DNA of 59,267 nucleotides from Hyphomicrobiales bacterium. Its GTDB lineage: Bacteria; Pseudomonadota; Alphaproteobacteria; Rhizobiales; Beijerinckiaceae. The DNA lies in contig JAFAQA010000524.1 of assembly GCA_019246665.1 (NCBI GenBank), forward strand, positions 1 through 59,267, written 5' to 3'. The notes beneath the pieces were generated by a model. That model saw only the letters and a program-made list of their open reading frames with translations. It was not told the DNA's origin and made no database searches. Both the position numbers and the translations under genes were made by a program. Shown piece by piece: positions 45,349 through 55,442 of the stretch (within the stretch, counting starts at the first letter, position 1; the number at the start of each line of letters is the position of its first letter).

Positions 45349-48201
45349 TTATCCGCGCGACGACCCCCCGCCTGCGGGTGGCTTCTTCGGCTTGGTCTCC
45401 TTGCCGATGGCTTGCATGTCGCGCGCTTCCCGAATGAGGCCCGGCAATCGCGAGAGGCTTCCGCCCTCGATGCCGATTTCGGCGAGGATCTGATCGATCA
45501 TCGGGGCCTGGACGCGATATCGTAGCGCCGAATCGATCACCTCGTCGGTGGCGCTGCGGCCTCGCGAGCCGCCCGATCCACTCCCACCATTGAGGCCGTC
45601 TACGTGCAGGATGCGGATGCCCTCGATTTTCTCCATCGGCTTGACGCTTTCGCGCACGATGCCCTCGATACGTTCGAGCAGCCTGCGGCGGAAAAGCGAC
45701 GCACGCGATGCATCCGAGAGCACGTTTTCCGCCTCATTGAGAAGCCGCTGGGCTTCGGCTTCGGTTTCCGCGCGCACCTTTTCAGCCGCCGCCGCGATCC
45801 GCACTTCGTCGGCCTCTTTTTCGGCGATGAGCACTTCGACCGTGCGACGACGACGCGCCGCCTCGCTTTCGCGGACCGTCTTGACCCGCTCCTCGGCCTC
45901 GACCGCCTCAGCGCGTGCCGCCTCGGCTTCGGTCTGTGCCGTCGATTGTTCGAGCGATTTTCGGTGAATTTGCACCGCGCTTTCCATCCTCGCCGTTTCG
46001 ACCGCAGTCTCGCGACCGATTTCGAGCTGGCGCAGTTCCCGCTCACGAATGATCCGCGCCTCATCGAGGCCCCGTTCCGAGGCGATGCGCGCCCGCTCGA
46101 CCTCCTCGCGCGATGCGATCTCCGCTTCCTGGAAAGCTTGCATGCGGCCGATCTCGGACTGTTCCACCGCGCGCCGGCGCTCCAAGCGCGCGAGATCGAG
46201 AGTTTGCTCACGCACGACGTCGGCGCGCTCGATGCGCTGGGTCGCCAGGATGTTGGCTTCCTTCACCCGCCGATCGGCGTCCGCTCGTTCGGTCAGCTTA
46301 GCTGCGACCTCGATCGAGCGATCCTGATCGGCGATCTCCAAGATCTTGCGGCGATCGATGTCGAGCGTCTCGCGGGTCCTTGACGATGCGATCCGCTCGC
46401 GCTCGAGGGTAAGCTCGCTGGTGATGCGTGCAGCTTCGACGACCTCGCGTCGCTTGATCTCGGCATCTTCGATTGCCCCCTCGCGCGCGATTTCGCGACT
46501 GCGCGTCTCCTGCTCGGAGCTGATACGCTCGAAGGCGATCTTTTTCTCCTGGCTTATGCGGGAAGCCTCGACCGCTTCGCGCGCCGCGATTTCCGCCTCA
46601 TCGAGCGAGCGTGTCCGGGCAATTTCGAGGGCTCGGACATGTTCCTCTTGCTGGATGCGTGCCGCCGCGGTGACCTCGCGTGCCGCGATGTCGGTTTCTT
46701 CGAGTGTCTTGGTGCGTTCGATCTCGAGGGTCCTTATGGCGACCTCCGACGCGATACGCTCGGCGGAAAGAGCTTTCTCTCTCGCGATGCGTGCCGCTTC
46801 CGTGGCCCTCGCGGCGGTGATCTCTTCCTCGTCGACCACGCGGTTGCGGGTGATCTCGCGCCGGCGGATCTCTTCCTCGAGTGCGATGCGCTCGTCGGTG
46901 ACGACCCGTTCCTGGGCGATGCGGGCGCGCTCGGTGATCTCACGGGCCGCGATTTCGGCCTGCTCGAGATTGCGCGTGCGTTCAATCTCCAGGCGGCGGT
47001 TCTCCTCATCCTTGGCGATGCGTGCCGCGGTGACCGTGAGCTCTTGAGCGATGCGCGCCTTTTCAGTCTCCTCCCGCGCTACGATTTCGGCCTGCTCGAC
47101 GTTTCGCGTGCGTTCGATTTCGCGCCGCTGGTCCTCCTCATCGCGCGCGATGCGAGCCTCGGTGACCACCCCCTCCTGGACAATGCGGGCGCGCTCGACG
47201 CGTTCGCGCGCGGCAATCTCGGCTTCGTCGATCAGGCGTCCACGCTCGATCTCGCGCTCGCGGATGTCGCGCTCGGAAGCGATGCGCGCTTCGGAAAGCG
47301 CGCGCTCATGGGCGATGCGCGTCTTCTCCACTTCCTCGCGGGCGGAGATCTGTGCCTGCTCGGCTTCGGTGTCGCGCAGCGAGCGCTCTCGGGCGAGCTC
47401 GGCGCGCTGCACCGCGCGCCTGACCTCGATGTCGCGTTCCTGGTTAAGGCGGGCGGTCTCACTCTCGCGATCGATTTCGAGCGCCTGCTTCTCCGCTTCG
47501 AGGTTGCGGCTGCGGATCAGGATCATCGAATCCTGCTCGATGTCGTTGCGCAGCTTGCGGCGCGCTTCGATGTCCTCGATGAGTTTTGTCAAACCTTCGG
47601 CATCGAACCGATTGGATGGATTGAAGAATTCGAGATCCGTCTGATCAAGATCGGTGATCGCCACCGATTCGAGTTCGAGGCCATTCTGCTGCAGGCCCTC
47701 CAGCGCCGCGTCCTTGACGCGAGACACATACTCGCCGCGCCGCTCGTGCATCTCGACCATGGTCATTTCGGAGGCGACTGATCGCAAGGCGGAAACAAAC
47801 TTGCCGGACAGCAAGGCATCGAGCTCTACGACGTTGGTGGTGCGCCGGCCAAGTGTCGCCGCCGCGATGGTCACCGCCTCGCGCGTGGGCGGGACCCGAA
47901 CGTAGAACTCCGAATCGATGTCAACGCGCATGCGGTCCTTGGTGATCAGTGCGTCTCCCTGGTTACGAACGACCCGCATGCGCAAGACGTTCATGTTGAC
48001 CGGAGTGACTTCGTGAATGAACGGAAGAACGAAGGCTCCGCTGTTGATCACCACCCTTTCGCCAAAGAGCCCCGTGCGCACGAAGGAAAGCTCCTTCGAT
48101 GAACGGTGATAAAGCCAATTGACGAGGTAGACGAGAATGGCGATGACGACGACGGCGACAATGAGCCAGATGATTAGGTTACCGAGAATGGCAACAGACA
48201 T
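45349..48201 (-). CDS. Very long flotillin/SPFH-family protein (~950 aa, YqiK-like)
   Basis: N-terminal TM helix, SPFH domain (FVRTG, LITKDRMRVD...FYVRV, NGLELESV, FFNPSN.FDAEGLT), a long E/R/A/I coiled coil, and a flotillin C-terminus (ESVKPMEKIEGIRI, SALRYRVQAP). RBS GGAGG before the ATG at 48201. Confidence 0.9.
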   Translation of the reverse strand: MSVAILGNLIIWLIVAVVVIAILVYLVNWLYHRSSKELSFVRTGLFGERVVINSGAFVLPFIHEVTPVNMNVLRMRVVRNQGDALITKDRMRVDIDSEFYVRVPPTREAVTIAAATLGRRTTNVVELDALLSGKFVSALRSVASEMTMVEMHERRGEYVSRVKDAALEGLQQNGLELESVAITDLDQTDLEFFNPSNRFDAEGLTKLIEDIEARRKLRNDIEQDSMILIRSRNLEAEKQALEIDRESETARLNQERDIEVRRAVQRAELARERSLRDTEAEQAQISAREEVEKTRIAHERALSEARIASERDIREREIERGRLIDEAEIAARERVERARIVQEGVVTEARIARDEEDQRREIERTRNVEQAEIVAREETEKARIAQELTVTAARIAKDEENRRLEIERTRNLEQAEIAAREITERARIAQERVVTDERIALEEEIRRREITRNRVVDEEEITAARATEAARIAREKALSAERIASEVAIRTLEIERTKTLEETDIAAREVTAAARIQQEEHVRALEIARTRSLDEAEIAAREAVEASRISQEKKIAFERISSEQETRSREIAREGAIEDAEIKRREVVEAARITSELTLERERIASSRTRETLDIDRRKILEIADQDRSIEVAAKLTERADADRRVKEANILATQRIERADVVREQTLDLARLERRRAVEQSEIGRMQAFQEAEIASREEVERARIASERGLDEARIIRERELRQLEIGRETAVETARMESAVQIHRKSLEQSTAQTEAEAARAEAVEAEERVKTVRESEAARRRRTVEVLIAEKEADEVRIAAAAEKVRAETEAEAQRLLNEAENVLSDASRASLFRRRLLERIEGIVRESVKPMEKIEGIRILHVDGLNGGSGSGGSRGRSATDEVIDSALRYRVQAPMIDQILAEIGIEGGSLSRLPGLIREARDMQAIGKETKPKKPPAGGGSSRG
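46363..47253 (-). repeat. Intragenic tandem repeat: six 44-aa and one 33-aa units with 11-residue periodicity
   Basis: Units start EIERGR, EIERTR, EIERTR, EITRNR, EIERTK (33 aa), EIARTR and EIAREG; Ile recurs every 11 residues (EI..EI..RI..RI). Confidence 0.85.
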
Positions 48202-48202
48202 C

Positions 48203-49093
48203 TTACGTCCTCCCTCTCGCTGACCGCTGGTAGAGTGCGCGGCTAACCTTTGTTTTACTATCAGATTTCTTGATTGCCTTGAATTTTGCAACTTGGTCGG
48301 CAAGAGCGCGCTCGACCGGCAGGCGCTCCATCGACGAGGCTCCGAAGAACCCGTCGCAACGACGAGACTGAGCGAGCACATAGGCGGCGTCGGCTGGCTC
48401 GGCGACCGGTCCGCCATGCACGAGCACGAAGATGTCGTGCTTCACCGCGAGCGCCGCCTCGGCCATGGTGTCGGTGAGGGCTGGACAATCCTCCAGTCGC
48501 GTCGCGGTCGCTGCGCCAATCGAGCCGCCGACCGTGAGCCCGAAATGGCACACGAGGATGTCCGCGCCGGCCTTGGCCATGGCCGCTGCCTCCCAGGGTT
48601 CGAAGACATAGGCAGCTGTCAGAAGGTCGCGCTCACGCGCCTTGGCAATCATGTCGACCTCGCGGTCATAGCCCATGCCGGTTTCCTCGAGCCCCGCGCG
48701 AAAGCGACCGTCGATGAGCCCGACCGTGGGAAAGTTCTGCACGCCGCTGAAACCCAGCCGCTTGAGTTCGAGCAGCAGATCATCCATCTGGCGGAACGGA
48801 TCGGTCCCGCATACTCCGGCGAGCACCGGCGTGCGAGCGACGACGGGGAGCACCTCGCGAGCCATATCCAGGACGACGGCGTTTGCGTCGCCATACGGCA
48901 TCATGCCGGCGAGGGACCCCCGGCCAGCCATGCGGTAGCGCCCTGAATTGTAGATGACGATGAGATCGGCGCCACCCTTCTCCTCGCTCTTGGCGGAGAT
49001 GCCGGTGCCCGCACCGGCACCGATGATGGGTTCACCCCGCTCTTTCATGGCGCGGAAACGCGCGAGAATGTCCGAGCGCGTGACACGGGGCAC
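48203..49093 (-). CDS. TIM-barrel signal transduction / PEP-hydrolase-like protein (Tm-1 C-terminal domain homolog)
   Basis: [49 protein letters not shown] and [10 protein letters not shown] motifs. Confidence 0.88.
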   Translation of the reverse strand: MPRVTRSDILARFRAMKERGEPIIGAGAGTGISAKSEEKGGADLIVIYNSGRYRMAGRGSLAGMMPYGDANAVVLDMAREVLPVVARTPVLAGVCGTDPFRQMDDLLLELKRLGFSGVQNFPTVGLIDGRFRAGLEETGMGYDREVDMIAKARERDLLTAAYVFEPWEAAAMAKAGADILVCHFGLTVGGSIGAATATRLEDCPALTDTMAEAALAVKHDIFVLVHGGPVAEPADAAYVLAQSRRCDGFFGASSMERLPVERALADQVAKFKAIKKSDSKTKVSRALYQRSARGRT

Positions 49094-49096
49094 GGG

Positions 49097-51313
49097 CTAC
49101 CTCCTTGCGTGACGCCGGGTGCGGCGCCCACCGACCAACCGGCGGAATTCGGAGACGATTTCCGTCGAGAATTGCGGATCATTGATATGCGCGCGCAACC
49201 GGATGAGCCGGCGCGCGGCGGATTGCCGAACGGTGGCTTCGAGAGTTCGGAAAAGCTCTTCGTCGGCATTCGGATCTGCAAACGGCCCGCGCGGACCGTC
49301 CAGCGCCGAGAGCCCACCCTCGGGCAGGAAGAAACGGACCGGCCCCTCCATCAGATTGAGGCGCTCGCCGATCCATCGGCCGATCCGCACGTTCTCGTCC
49401 GCGGTCGTTCGCATGAGCGTCACCGTCGGGTTATGCACGTGGAACCTGCGGCCACGGTAACGCTCAGGGACGCTGTCGATCGGCCCGAAGTTCACCATGT
49501 CGAGCGCGCCGCACGAGCCGATGTAGGGAACTCTCGTGCGCGCGATGGCTCCGAACCGATCCTCGGTGGCGGGCAACACGCCACCGAAGAGAAGATCGCA
49601 GACTTCCGTCGTGGTGATATCAATCACGCCCATAAGCGCGCCGGCATCGACGAGCTTTTCCATCGATTGTCCGCCGACGCCGGTGGCGTGGAAAACGAGG
49701 CACTCGAAATCGTCATCGAGCGCGTGTGCGATGGCGTCGACGCAAGGGGTCGTGACCCCGAACATGGTGAGGCCGATCCCCGGTTTGCCGCCGCCGCGCG
49801 CCTGCAGTCGATCGCGTTCCGTCGTGCTTGCGGCGCGCGCCTTCACCATACCGACAATGGCCGCGGCCCCATTGGCGAGAACCTGGCGTGTGATCGAATT
49901 CAGTCCCGCAACGTCGGCCACGGAGTAAAGCATCATGATATCCGAGGGCCCGACATACGGAGCGACGTTGCCGGAAGCGACGGACGAGACGAGCACCTTG
50001 GGCACGCCGATCGGCAAGGCCCGCATGGCCGGCGCAACCAACGAACTTGCGCCAGATCCTCCCGCGGAAATCAGGCCGCCGATCGGCGCCTGCCGCCTGA
50101 TCCATGTTTCGAAGGCTTCGGCCATGGCGGTGATCGCGGCGCCGCGGTCCCCCGAGAAAACCGAATTTGGCCCGCCACGGTAATATGTCGCGACGTGATG
50201 GGGCGGCACATCGGCCGGCGATGGCCCGCCCGAGGTGGACAGATCAACCAGCGTCACGCGCACGCCTGCGGCGGCGATCTGATCGCGAATAAAACGAAGC
50301 TCCTCGCCTTTGGTGTCCAGCGTCCCAGCGACGATCACCGGGGCCACACCGCCGCGGTGGACTGGCCGCAGGTCGACCGCCGGGGCCGTGGGCTCGGCCG
50401 TCGCCTCGGGCACCACCGTGCGCGTGCGCGCGGCCGTCTCGATCTGTAGAATGGAAGCTGGCAGTGACCAGCGCGTCGGCGTCGCCGGGTTGGAAATAAA
50501 CACGCGGACGGGGCCGCGTGGCTTCCGCGGGCGGGCAGCGTTGCCGGGAGAAGGCTTTTCGGCAGGCTCCTCGGTCGTCCCTTCCTCGCCGTGCTGGCCC
50601 ACGCCAAGCAATCTTTGTTGAAGTTCACGATCGGCTTCGAGGCGCGCCGCGTCCATGACGCGATTGATCCGACCATTGATCATGATCGCGACTTTTTCCG
50701 CTATCGCGGTCGCGACCCCGATGTTTTGCTCAACCACCAGAATGCCGATGTCGCTTTGCTCGCCCAGTGTGACCAGGATCTGTTCGACCTGGTCCACGAT
50801 GACGGGTGCCAAGCCCTCGGTCGGCTCGTCCATCACCAAGAGGAGCGGGTTGAGAAGCAGGGCGCGTGCAATGGCCAGCATTTGTTGCTCGCCACCGGAG
50901 AGCTGATTTCCCCGATTGTTGCGTCGTTCCGCCAGCCTCGGGAACGTGTCGTAGATGCGCGAAATCGTCCACTGTGATCGGCTTGCCCCGCTCGCGAGCT
51001 GCAGGTGCTCGGCGACGGTGAGTGAAGGCCACAGCCGGCGGCCCTGCGGCACATAGCCGACCCCCAGTCGTGCGATCTCGGCAGGGCTACGACCGATGAG
51101 ATCTTCGCCCATGAAACGGATGGAGCCGCTCGCGGCAGGGATCAGCCCAAGGATTGCCTTGCACAGCGTCGTCTTGCCCATGCCGTTTCGTCCCACCAGG
51201 GAAAGCACGCCGCGCTCGAGTTTCAGATCGACGCCCTGAAGCGCATGGCTGCGTCCATAGGAGACGTTCAACCCTTTGATCTCGAGCAAATGGGACGAGC
51301 GAGGCTCAGCCAT
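49097..51313 (-). CDS. LivF-type ABC ATPase fused to a UPF0261/Tm-1-like ATP-binding domain
   Basis: N-part has GRNGMGKT, VPQGR, LSGGEQQM and DEPTEGL. After an ~85-aa linker, the C-part has GTLDTKGEE, GGSG, LPIGVPK..VS, TMFGVTT, FHATG.GG, GALDMVNFG and HINDP.F. Confidence 0.9.
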   Translation of the reverse strand: MAEPRSSHLLEIKGLNVSYGRSHALQGVDLKLERGVLSLVGRNGMGKTTLCKAILGLIPAASGSIRFMGEDLIGRSPAEIARLGVGYVPQGRRLWPSLTVAEHLQLASGASRSQWTISRIYDTFPRLAERRNNRGNQLSGGEQQMLAIARALLLNPLLLVMDEPTEGLAPVIVDQVEQILVTLGEQSDIGILVVEQNIGVATAIAEKVAIMINGRINRVMDAARLEADRELQQRLLGVGQHGEEGTTEEPAEKPSPGNAARPRKPRGPVRVFISNPATPTRWSLPASILQIETAARTRTVVPEATAEPTAPAVDLRPVHRGGVAPVIVAGTLDTKGEELRFIRDQIAAAGVRVTLVDLSTSGGPSPADVPPHHVATYYRGGPNSVFSGDRGAAITAMAEAFETWIRRQAPIGGLISAGGSGASSLVAPAMRALPIGVPKVLVSSVASGNVAPYVGPSDIMMLYSVADVAGLNSITRQVLANGAAAIVGMVKARAASTTERDRLQARGGGKPGIGLTMFGVTTPCVDAIAHALDDDFECLVFHATGVGGQSMEKLVDAGALMGVIDITTTEVCDLLFGGVLPATEDRFGAIARTRVPYIGSCGALDMVNFGPIDSVPERYRGRRFHVHNPTVTLMRTTADENVRIGRWIGERLNLMEGPVRFFLPEGGLSALDGPRGPFADPNADEELFRTLEATVRQSAARRLIRLRAHINDPQFSTEIVSEFRRLVGGRRTRRHARR

Positions 51314-52088
51314 GCCCTCCTCCCAAATACAATTGCTGCACCTGGGGGTCTGCTTCGATTTCGCGCGGCGTTCCTTCCTTGAAGATCCGTCCGTTGTGCA
51401 TCATCGTCACGCTCTCAACCACCCGCAGCGCAACGTCCATGTCATGCTCAATGATGATGTAGCCGATATGGGCGGGAAGCGCGGTGAGGATCGCGATGAG
51501 ATCGCCTCGCTCGTTCGGCGAAAGCCCCGCTGCCGGTTCGTCGAACAGGATGAAGCGCGGTGCGCCTGCGAGTGCCAGAGCGATCTCGAGCTGACGTTGC
51601 TGGCCGTGCGCCAGCTCGCCGACCGGACGATCGGTGACGGATTCGAGATGCACCAGCGCAATGAGGCTGGTGACCGATTGCATGATGGCGTCGCGGGCGT
51701 GCCTGCGGGCAAACGAGAAACGGCCGCGCGAAACGCCTAGGCAGGCGAGATAGACGTTGTCTCGGACCGAGAGGCCCTGGAACAACAGCGAGATTTGGTA
51801 AGTGCGGCGCAGGCCTCGGCGAATGCGTTCGTGGGGCGGCAGATTAGTCACATCCTCGCCGTAGAAGCGCACGCTACCCGAGGTTGGGGGAAAATCGCCG
51901 GTCACGCAATTGAGCAAGGTGGTTTTGCCCGCGCCGTTGGACCCGAGCACGGCGCGTCGCTCGCCGGGTCGAACGCTGAGCGTGATGTCGGACAAGGCTG
52001 CGAGACCGCCGAAACGCCGGCTTACGCCGCGCAATTCGATCGCATTGCCGGTGCCGGCGACAGCAATCCGTTCGGCGATCGTGCTCAA
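51306..52088 (-). CDS. LivG-type ABC ATPase
   Basis: GSNGAGKT, L.HGQQRQLEI, DEPAAGLS and IEHDM. TTG start overlaps the upstream stop. Confidence 0.92.
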   Translation of the reverse strand: MSTIAERIAVAGTGNAIELRGVSRRFGGLAALSDITLSVRPGERRAVLGSNGAGKTTLLNCVTGDFPPTSGSVRFYGEDVTNLPPHERIRRGLRRTYQISLLFQGLSVRDNVYLACLGVSRGRFSFARRHARDAIMQSVTSLIALVHLESVTDRPVGELAHGQQRQLEIALALAGAPRFILFDEPAAGLSPNERGDLIAILTALPAHIGYIIIEHDMDVALRVVESVTMMHNGRIFKEGTPREIEADPQVQQLYLGGGHG

Positions 52089-53143
52089 CGCGGGCTCTTC
52101 CCGGTCTGGGAGCGAGCGCGCGCCGACCACCGCCGCCAAAGGCCTATCATCCCATCGGGCGAGAAGAGCACGATGACAAGAAATCCCAGTCCGATGATCG
52201 TCTGGAAGCGGCGTCCATCGAGTCCGACGGCGACAAGCGAGTCGAGGGCGAAGGTCCGCAATATTACGTAGATCAACGCACCGATGAAGGCACCGATTGG
52301 GTGTCCGAGGCCCCCGACCACCGCAATCACGAGAAGGTCGATCGTCGCCTCGATGCCGGCGGTGCCTGGAGAGATCTGGTTGTTGAGCCACACCAAAAGG
52401 ATGCCGCCAATCGCCGCGATGAGGGCCGCGAAAGCGTAGGCGGCGATGCGGTGAGCGGTGACATTGAAGCCGATCGCCTCCATGCGACGGGGATTATCGC
52501 GGGTGCCTTGGAGAGCGAGGCCGAACGGCGCGCGGGAGATGTAGAGAACAGTAACGTAGCTGAGACCGGCAAAAAATAGGATCAGATAATAGAGGGCGAC
52601 GGGAGATTTCCAGTTGATACCAAGGAAAATCGGTGCCGGTATCGTCGTAAAGCCGTTGAAGCCGTTGAAGATCGACCAGTTCTGGAGTGTCAGGTAGAAG
52701 AAAGCGCTCGCAAGTGCGAGGGTGATCATGATCGTATAGATGCCTTCGGTGCGCGCGGAGAGGGCGCCGGCTAGCGTTCCGAAAGCGACGGCAATGATGA
52801 TCGCAACAGGGGCAGCCACCCACCACGGCCAGAACAGGCTAATCGAGGGAAGTGAACTCGCGCCGAAAACGGTGATCATGTATCCGGCAAGGCCCGCGAC
52901 CGTCATCTGCACCAGGCTCACCATGCCGCCGTAGCCGGCGAGAAACATCAACGACAGCGCGATCATGCCGAGGATCAAGGTCCAGCCGACGATCTGGTCG
53001 AGCACGAAATTGCTCGCGACCGCCGGCAGCAGCACCAGGACAAGCCCGAGCAGCAGAATGGCAAAATGATCGGCGATCCAGCGCGGCGGCGCCGCGCTGT
53101 CGACGCCGCCGATCCTAGTCTCCCTGGTGTGCGAGATCGCCAC
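52085..53143 (-). CDS. LivM-type branched-chain ABC permease
   Basis: GYGGMVSL, Y.IMITLA, PFG.AL...RDN..R...G and VVGG.G...GA motifs. Confidence 0.92.
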   Translation of the reverse strand: MAISHTRETRIGGVDSAAPPRWIADHFAILLLGLVLVLLPAVASNFVLDQIVGWTLILGMIALSLMFLAGYGGMVSLVQMTVAGLAGYMITVFGASSLPSISLFWPWWVAAPVAIIIAVAFGTLAGALSARTEGIYTIMITLALASAFFYLTLQNWSIFNGFNGFTTIPAPIFLGINWKSPVALYYLILFFAGLSYVTVLYISRAPFGLALQGTRDNPRRMEAIGFNVTAHRIAAYAFAALIAAIGGILLVWLNNQISPGTAGIEATIDLLVIAVVGGLGHPIGAFIGALIYVILRTFALDSLVAVGLDGRRFQTIIGLGFLVIVLFSPDGMIGLWRRWSARARSQTGKSPR

Positions 53144-54211
53144 TCAACGCCGTCCCAGAAGCCCTTGCGGGCGCAAGGCGAGAACAACCACCATGATCAC
53201 GAATGTCGCGACCGTTGCATAATTTTGGAAGTAAACCAGGCCAAACTGCTCCGAGAGGCCGATGATGAGAGCGCCGAGCGCGGCACCCGGAATCGATCCC
53301 ATTCCCCCAACGATCACCACGACGAGCGATGCCAACAGGAAATGCGAGTCTTCGCCGAGGGAGATCGATTGGAATGTCCCGCCCACGATGCCTGCCATTC
53401 CGGCCAATCCGGCGCCGAACGCGAAGACGAGGATGAACAAGAGTTGCACCCGGTATCCGAGCACCGAGAGCATGTCGCGATCATCGACCCCGGCGCGGAT
53501 CATCATGCCGATCCGCGTACGGTGCAGGGCAAGCCACATCCCGACGCCGATCAGGACGGCGGCGATAAAAATCACGAGCCTGACGCGGGGGTATTGAAGA
53601 AAAACCGCGTCACCGCTCGATTTGATGGCGACAATGATGGGGGTTGGCACGGGACCCATCAAATAATCCGGCGTATCGATCTGGATGGCGTTGCCGCCCC
53701 AGACCCACACCATCAGATCGGAGAAGACGATCGAGAGCCCAAGCGTGACAAGCGTCTGGCGGAGATCCTGCCCCTGCATTCGACGGAAGATCAGGACCTG
53801 CATGGCGGCGCCGACCAAGGCACAACAGGCAAACGCGAAAACATAACTGAGGAGCCACGAACCGGTCCACACACCCGCCTCGTAACCCATATAACCACCA
53901 AACAAGTAGAGCGAGCCGTGCGCGAGGTTGACGTTGCGCATCAGGCCAAAGATCAACGTGAATCCGGCGGCAACGAGAAAGTAGAGCCCGCCGAGCGTAA
54001 TGCCATTGAAAAGTGCGTTGATGAATAGACGCTTCCTGCCGAAAACGTTCTCGAACTCTTCCGGCCATGGCGCGAACACCAGCCAGAGCACGAAAATAAC
54101 AGCAATGGCGATCGTCAGCGCCGCGACGGGACGACGGCTTATCCAGCGCGCGAACCTGTCACCGCGCTGCGCGGTTTGTGGTGCAACTTCGTGGCCAAGA
54201 GCCGTGGTCAA
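53144..54211 (-). CDS. LivH-type branched-chain ABC permease
   Basis: NGITLGGLY..A.GFTLIFG...VNLAHG, VIVGGMGS and RPQGL.G motifs. Confidence 0.92.
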   Translation of the reverse strand: MTTALGHEVAPQTAQRGDRFARWISRRPVAALTIAIAVIFVLWLVFAPWPEEFENVFGRKRLFINALFNGITLGGLYFLVAAGFTLIFGLMRNVNLAHGSLYLFGGYMGYEAGVWTGSWLLSYVFAFACCALVGAAMQVLIFRRMQGQDLRQTLVTLGLSIVFSDLMVWVWGGNAIQIDTPDYLMGPVPTPIIVAIKSSGDAVFLQYPRVRLVIFIAAVLIGVGMWLALHRTRIGMMIRAGVDDRDMLSVLGYRVQLLFILVFAFGAGLAGMAGIVGGTFQSISLGEDSHFLLASLVVVIVGGMGSIPGAALGALIIGLSEQFGLVYFQNYATVATFVIMVVVLALRPQGLLGRR

Positions 54212-54294
54212 TCCCTGCCGCCTCCACGTTCCTCGACAAAATTACCTCAAATGAGGCGACGCGGCATGCTCGACAGTCTGATTTTTTGCCAAGT

Positions 54295-55122
54295 CTATTC
54301 GACCACGACCCGGGCTATAGTCCGATAAAGATTGGGTGCCACGCCGACATGGGCTGAGAAGAAATGGGTGAAATGGCTCTGAGATGAGAAGCCGAGCTCA
54401 AAACCGATATCGCTTACTGAGATTTGGGGGTCCATCAGGCGCTCAAGGGCCCGCTCGATCCGCATGGTATTGGCGTAGAGTGCGGGTGTCACCCCGGTGT
54501 TTTCGCGAAACAACTTGAAGAAATGCGGCCGGGACAGGCCGACATGTCGCGCGATGGCATCGAGCTCGAGGCCTTGTGAACAGCCGTCCTGCAGCAAGTG
54601 CAACGACTTACGAACGCGAAAGTCGATGGAGGTTCTGCAGGCCGAAAGGGTTGCCGGTCGACGATCCTTGCTCCAGGAAGCATCAAAGCTCGCATCGAAG
54701 AGCTGGTTCAAGTAGCGCTCGACGATCCGACAGCTCGCGTGAGTTACAAGCACGTGGGCAAGGCTCACGGCAATCGAGCGGATCGTTGTTCCTACCTCGA
54801 TCGTGTTGGCACCAAAACGTAGGCTGCCGCGACCGTGTTGATCTCGGTCAAGCCATCGCTCGCAGAGATAGGCCACCAGAAAGACCGAACCTTGATTTCC
54901 AGGGCTTGGGCAAAAAGAATGCGGCTGCCAAGGATTGATGGCTACCCCTCTCGTCTCGTTGACGACGTGGGGAACATCACAAATGGTGACCACTGCCGGA
55001 GGGCCACTCAACAGGTAAGTCAGATGCCCTTCACGATGCGCATGCGTGCGCATGGGCCGATCGAGCTTATAAACGGTCACTCGCCCGAATGCGCCATGGC
55101 AGACTGACAGAGCATTGCTCAT
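54295..55122 (-). CDS. AraC-family transcriptional regulator with cupin N-domain
   Basis: HAHRE cupin motif; double HTH GLSRPHFFKLF...GVTP and LGFSSQSHFT.FF. Confidence 0.92.
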   Translation of the reverse strand: MSNALSVCHGAFGRVTVYKLDRPMRTHAHREGHLTYLLSGPPAVVTICDVPHVVNETRGVAINPWQPHSFCPSPGNQGSVFLVAYLCERWLDRDQHGRGSLRFGANTIEVGTTIRSIAVSLAHVLVTHASCRIVERYLNQLFDASFDASWSKDRRPATLSACRTSIDFRVRKSLHLLQDGCSQGLELDAIARHVGLSRPHFFKLFRENTGVTPALYANTMRIERALERLMDPQISVSDIGFELGFSSQSHFTHFFSAHVGVAPNLYRTIARVVVE

Positions 55123-55442
55123 CGATCGCCTCCCACACAGGTTTTCTTGTTTTGTGGATTAAGCGCCGACCTGTTCCGGGTGACAAGTGGGTGTGCGGTT
55201 GAACTTGAGAATTGGGCAAGATCGGACCCCAAGACAGGCAGGCGCAGCCCGTGTACTTGGGTTGCGACTACACAAATCCGGCGCGCAAATTCTAAGATTC
55301 CACAGTAATGGACTTGTGGCGGACGCCCGCCAACTGTTACGATTTCGTTGCTGGTCGATAGGACGGTGAGTTATTCCCCCCGCAACAACTAAGCTTCAGC
55401 AGCCGGTGCCGTTTCACGGTGCACCAACAGGAGGAAACCTCA

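Noticed and set aside
46363-47253. Possible CRISPR array or non-coding tandem repeat
   Set aside because: The repeats are degenerate, in frame and protein-coding, with no spacers or cas genes.
48202-48417. Upstream extension of the flotillin ORF (1022 aa) and similar extended starts in the ORF track
   Set aside because: The extension overlaps the upstream gene. The RBS and TM helix support ATG 48201.
48203-50342. Anti-phage defence role by analogy with plant Tm-1
   Set aside because: The context is purely transport/catabolic with no defence genes nearby. Nothing in the sequence supports it.
54276-55227. Similar motifs GACTTGGCAAAAAATCAGAC (minus strand, 54276-54295) and GAATTGGGCAAGATCGGAC (55209-55227) as AraC sites
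   Set aside because: The similarity needs a gap and is too weak to distinguish from chance.
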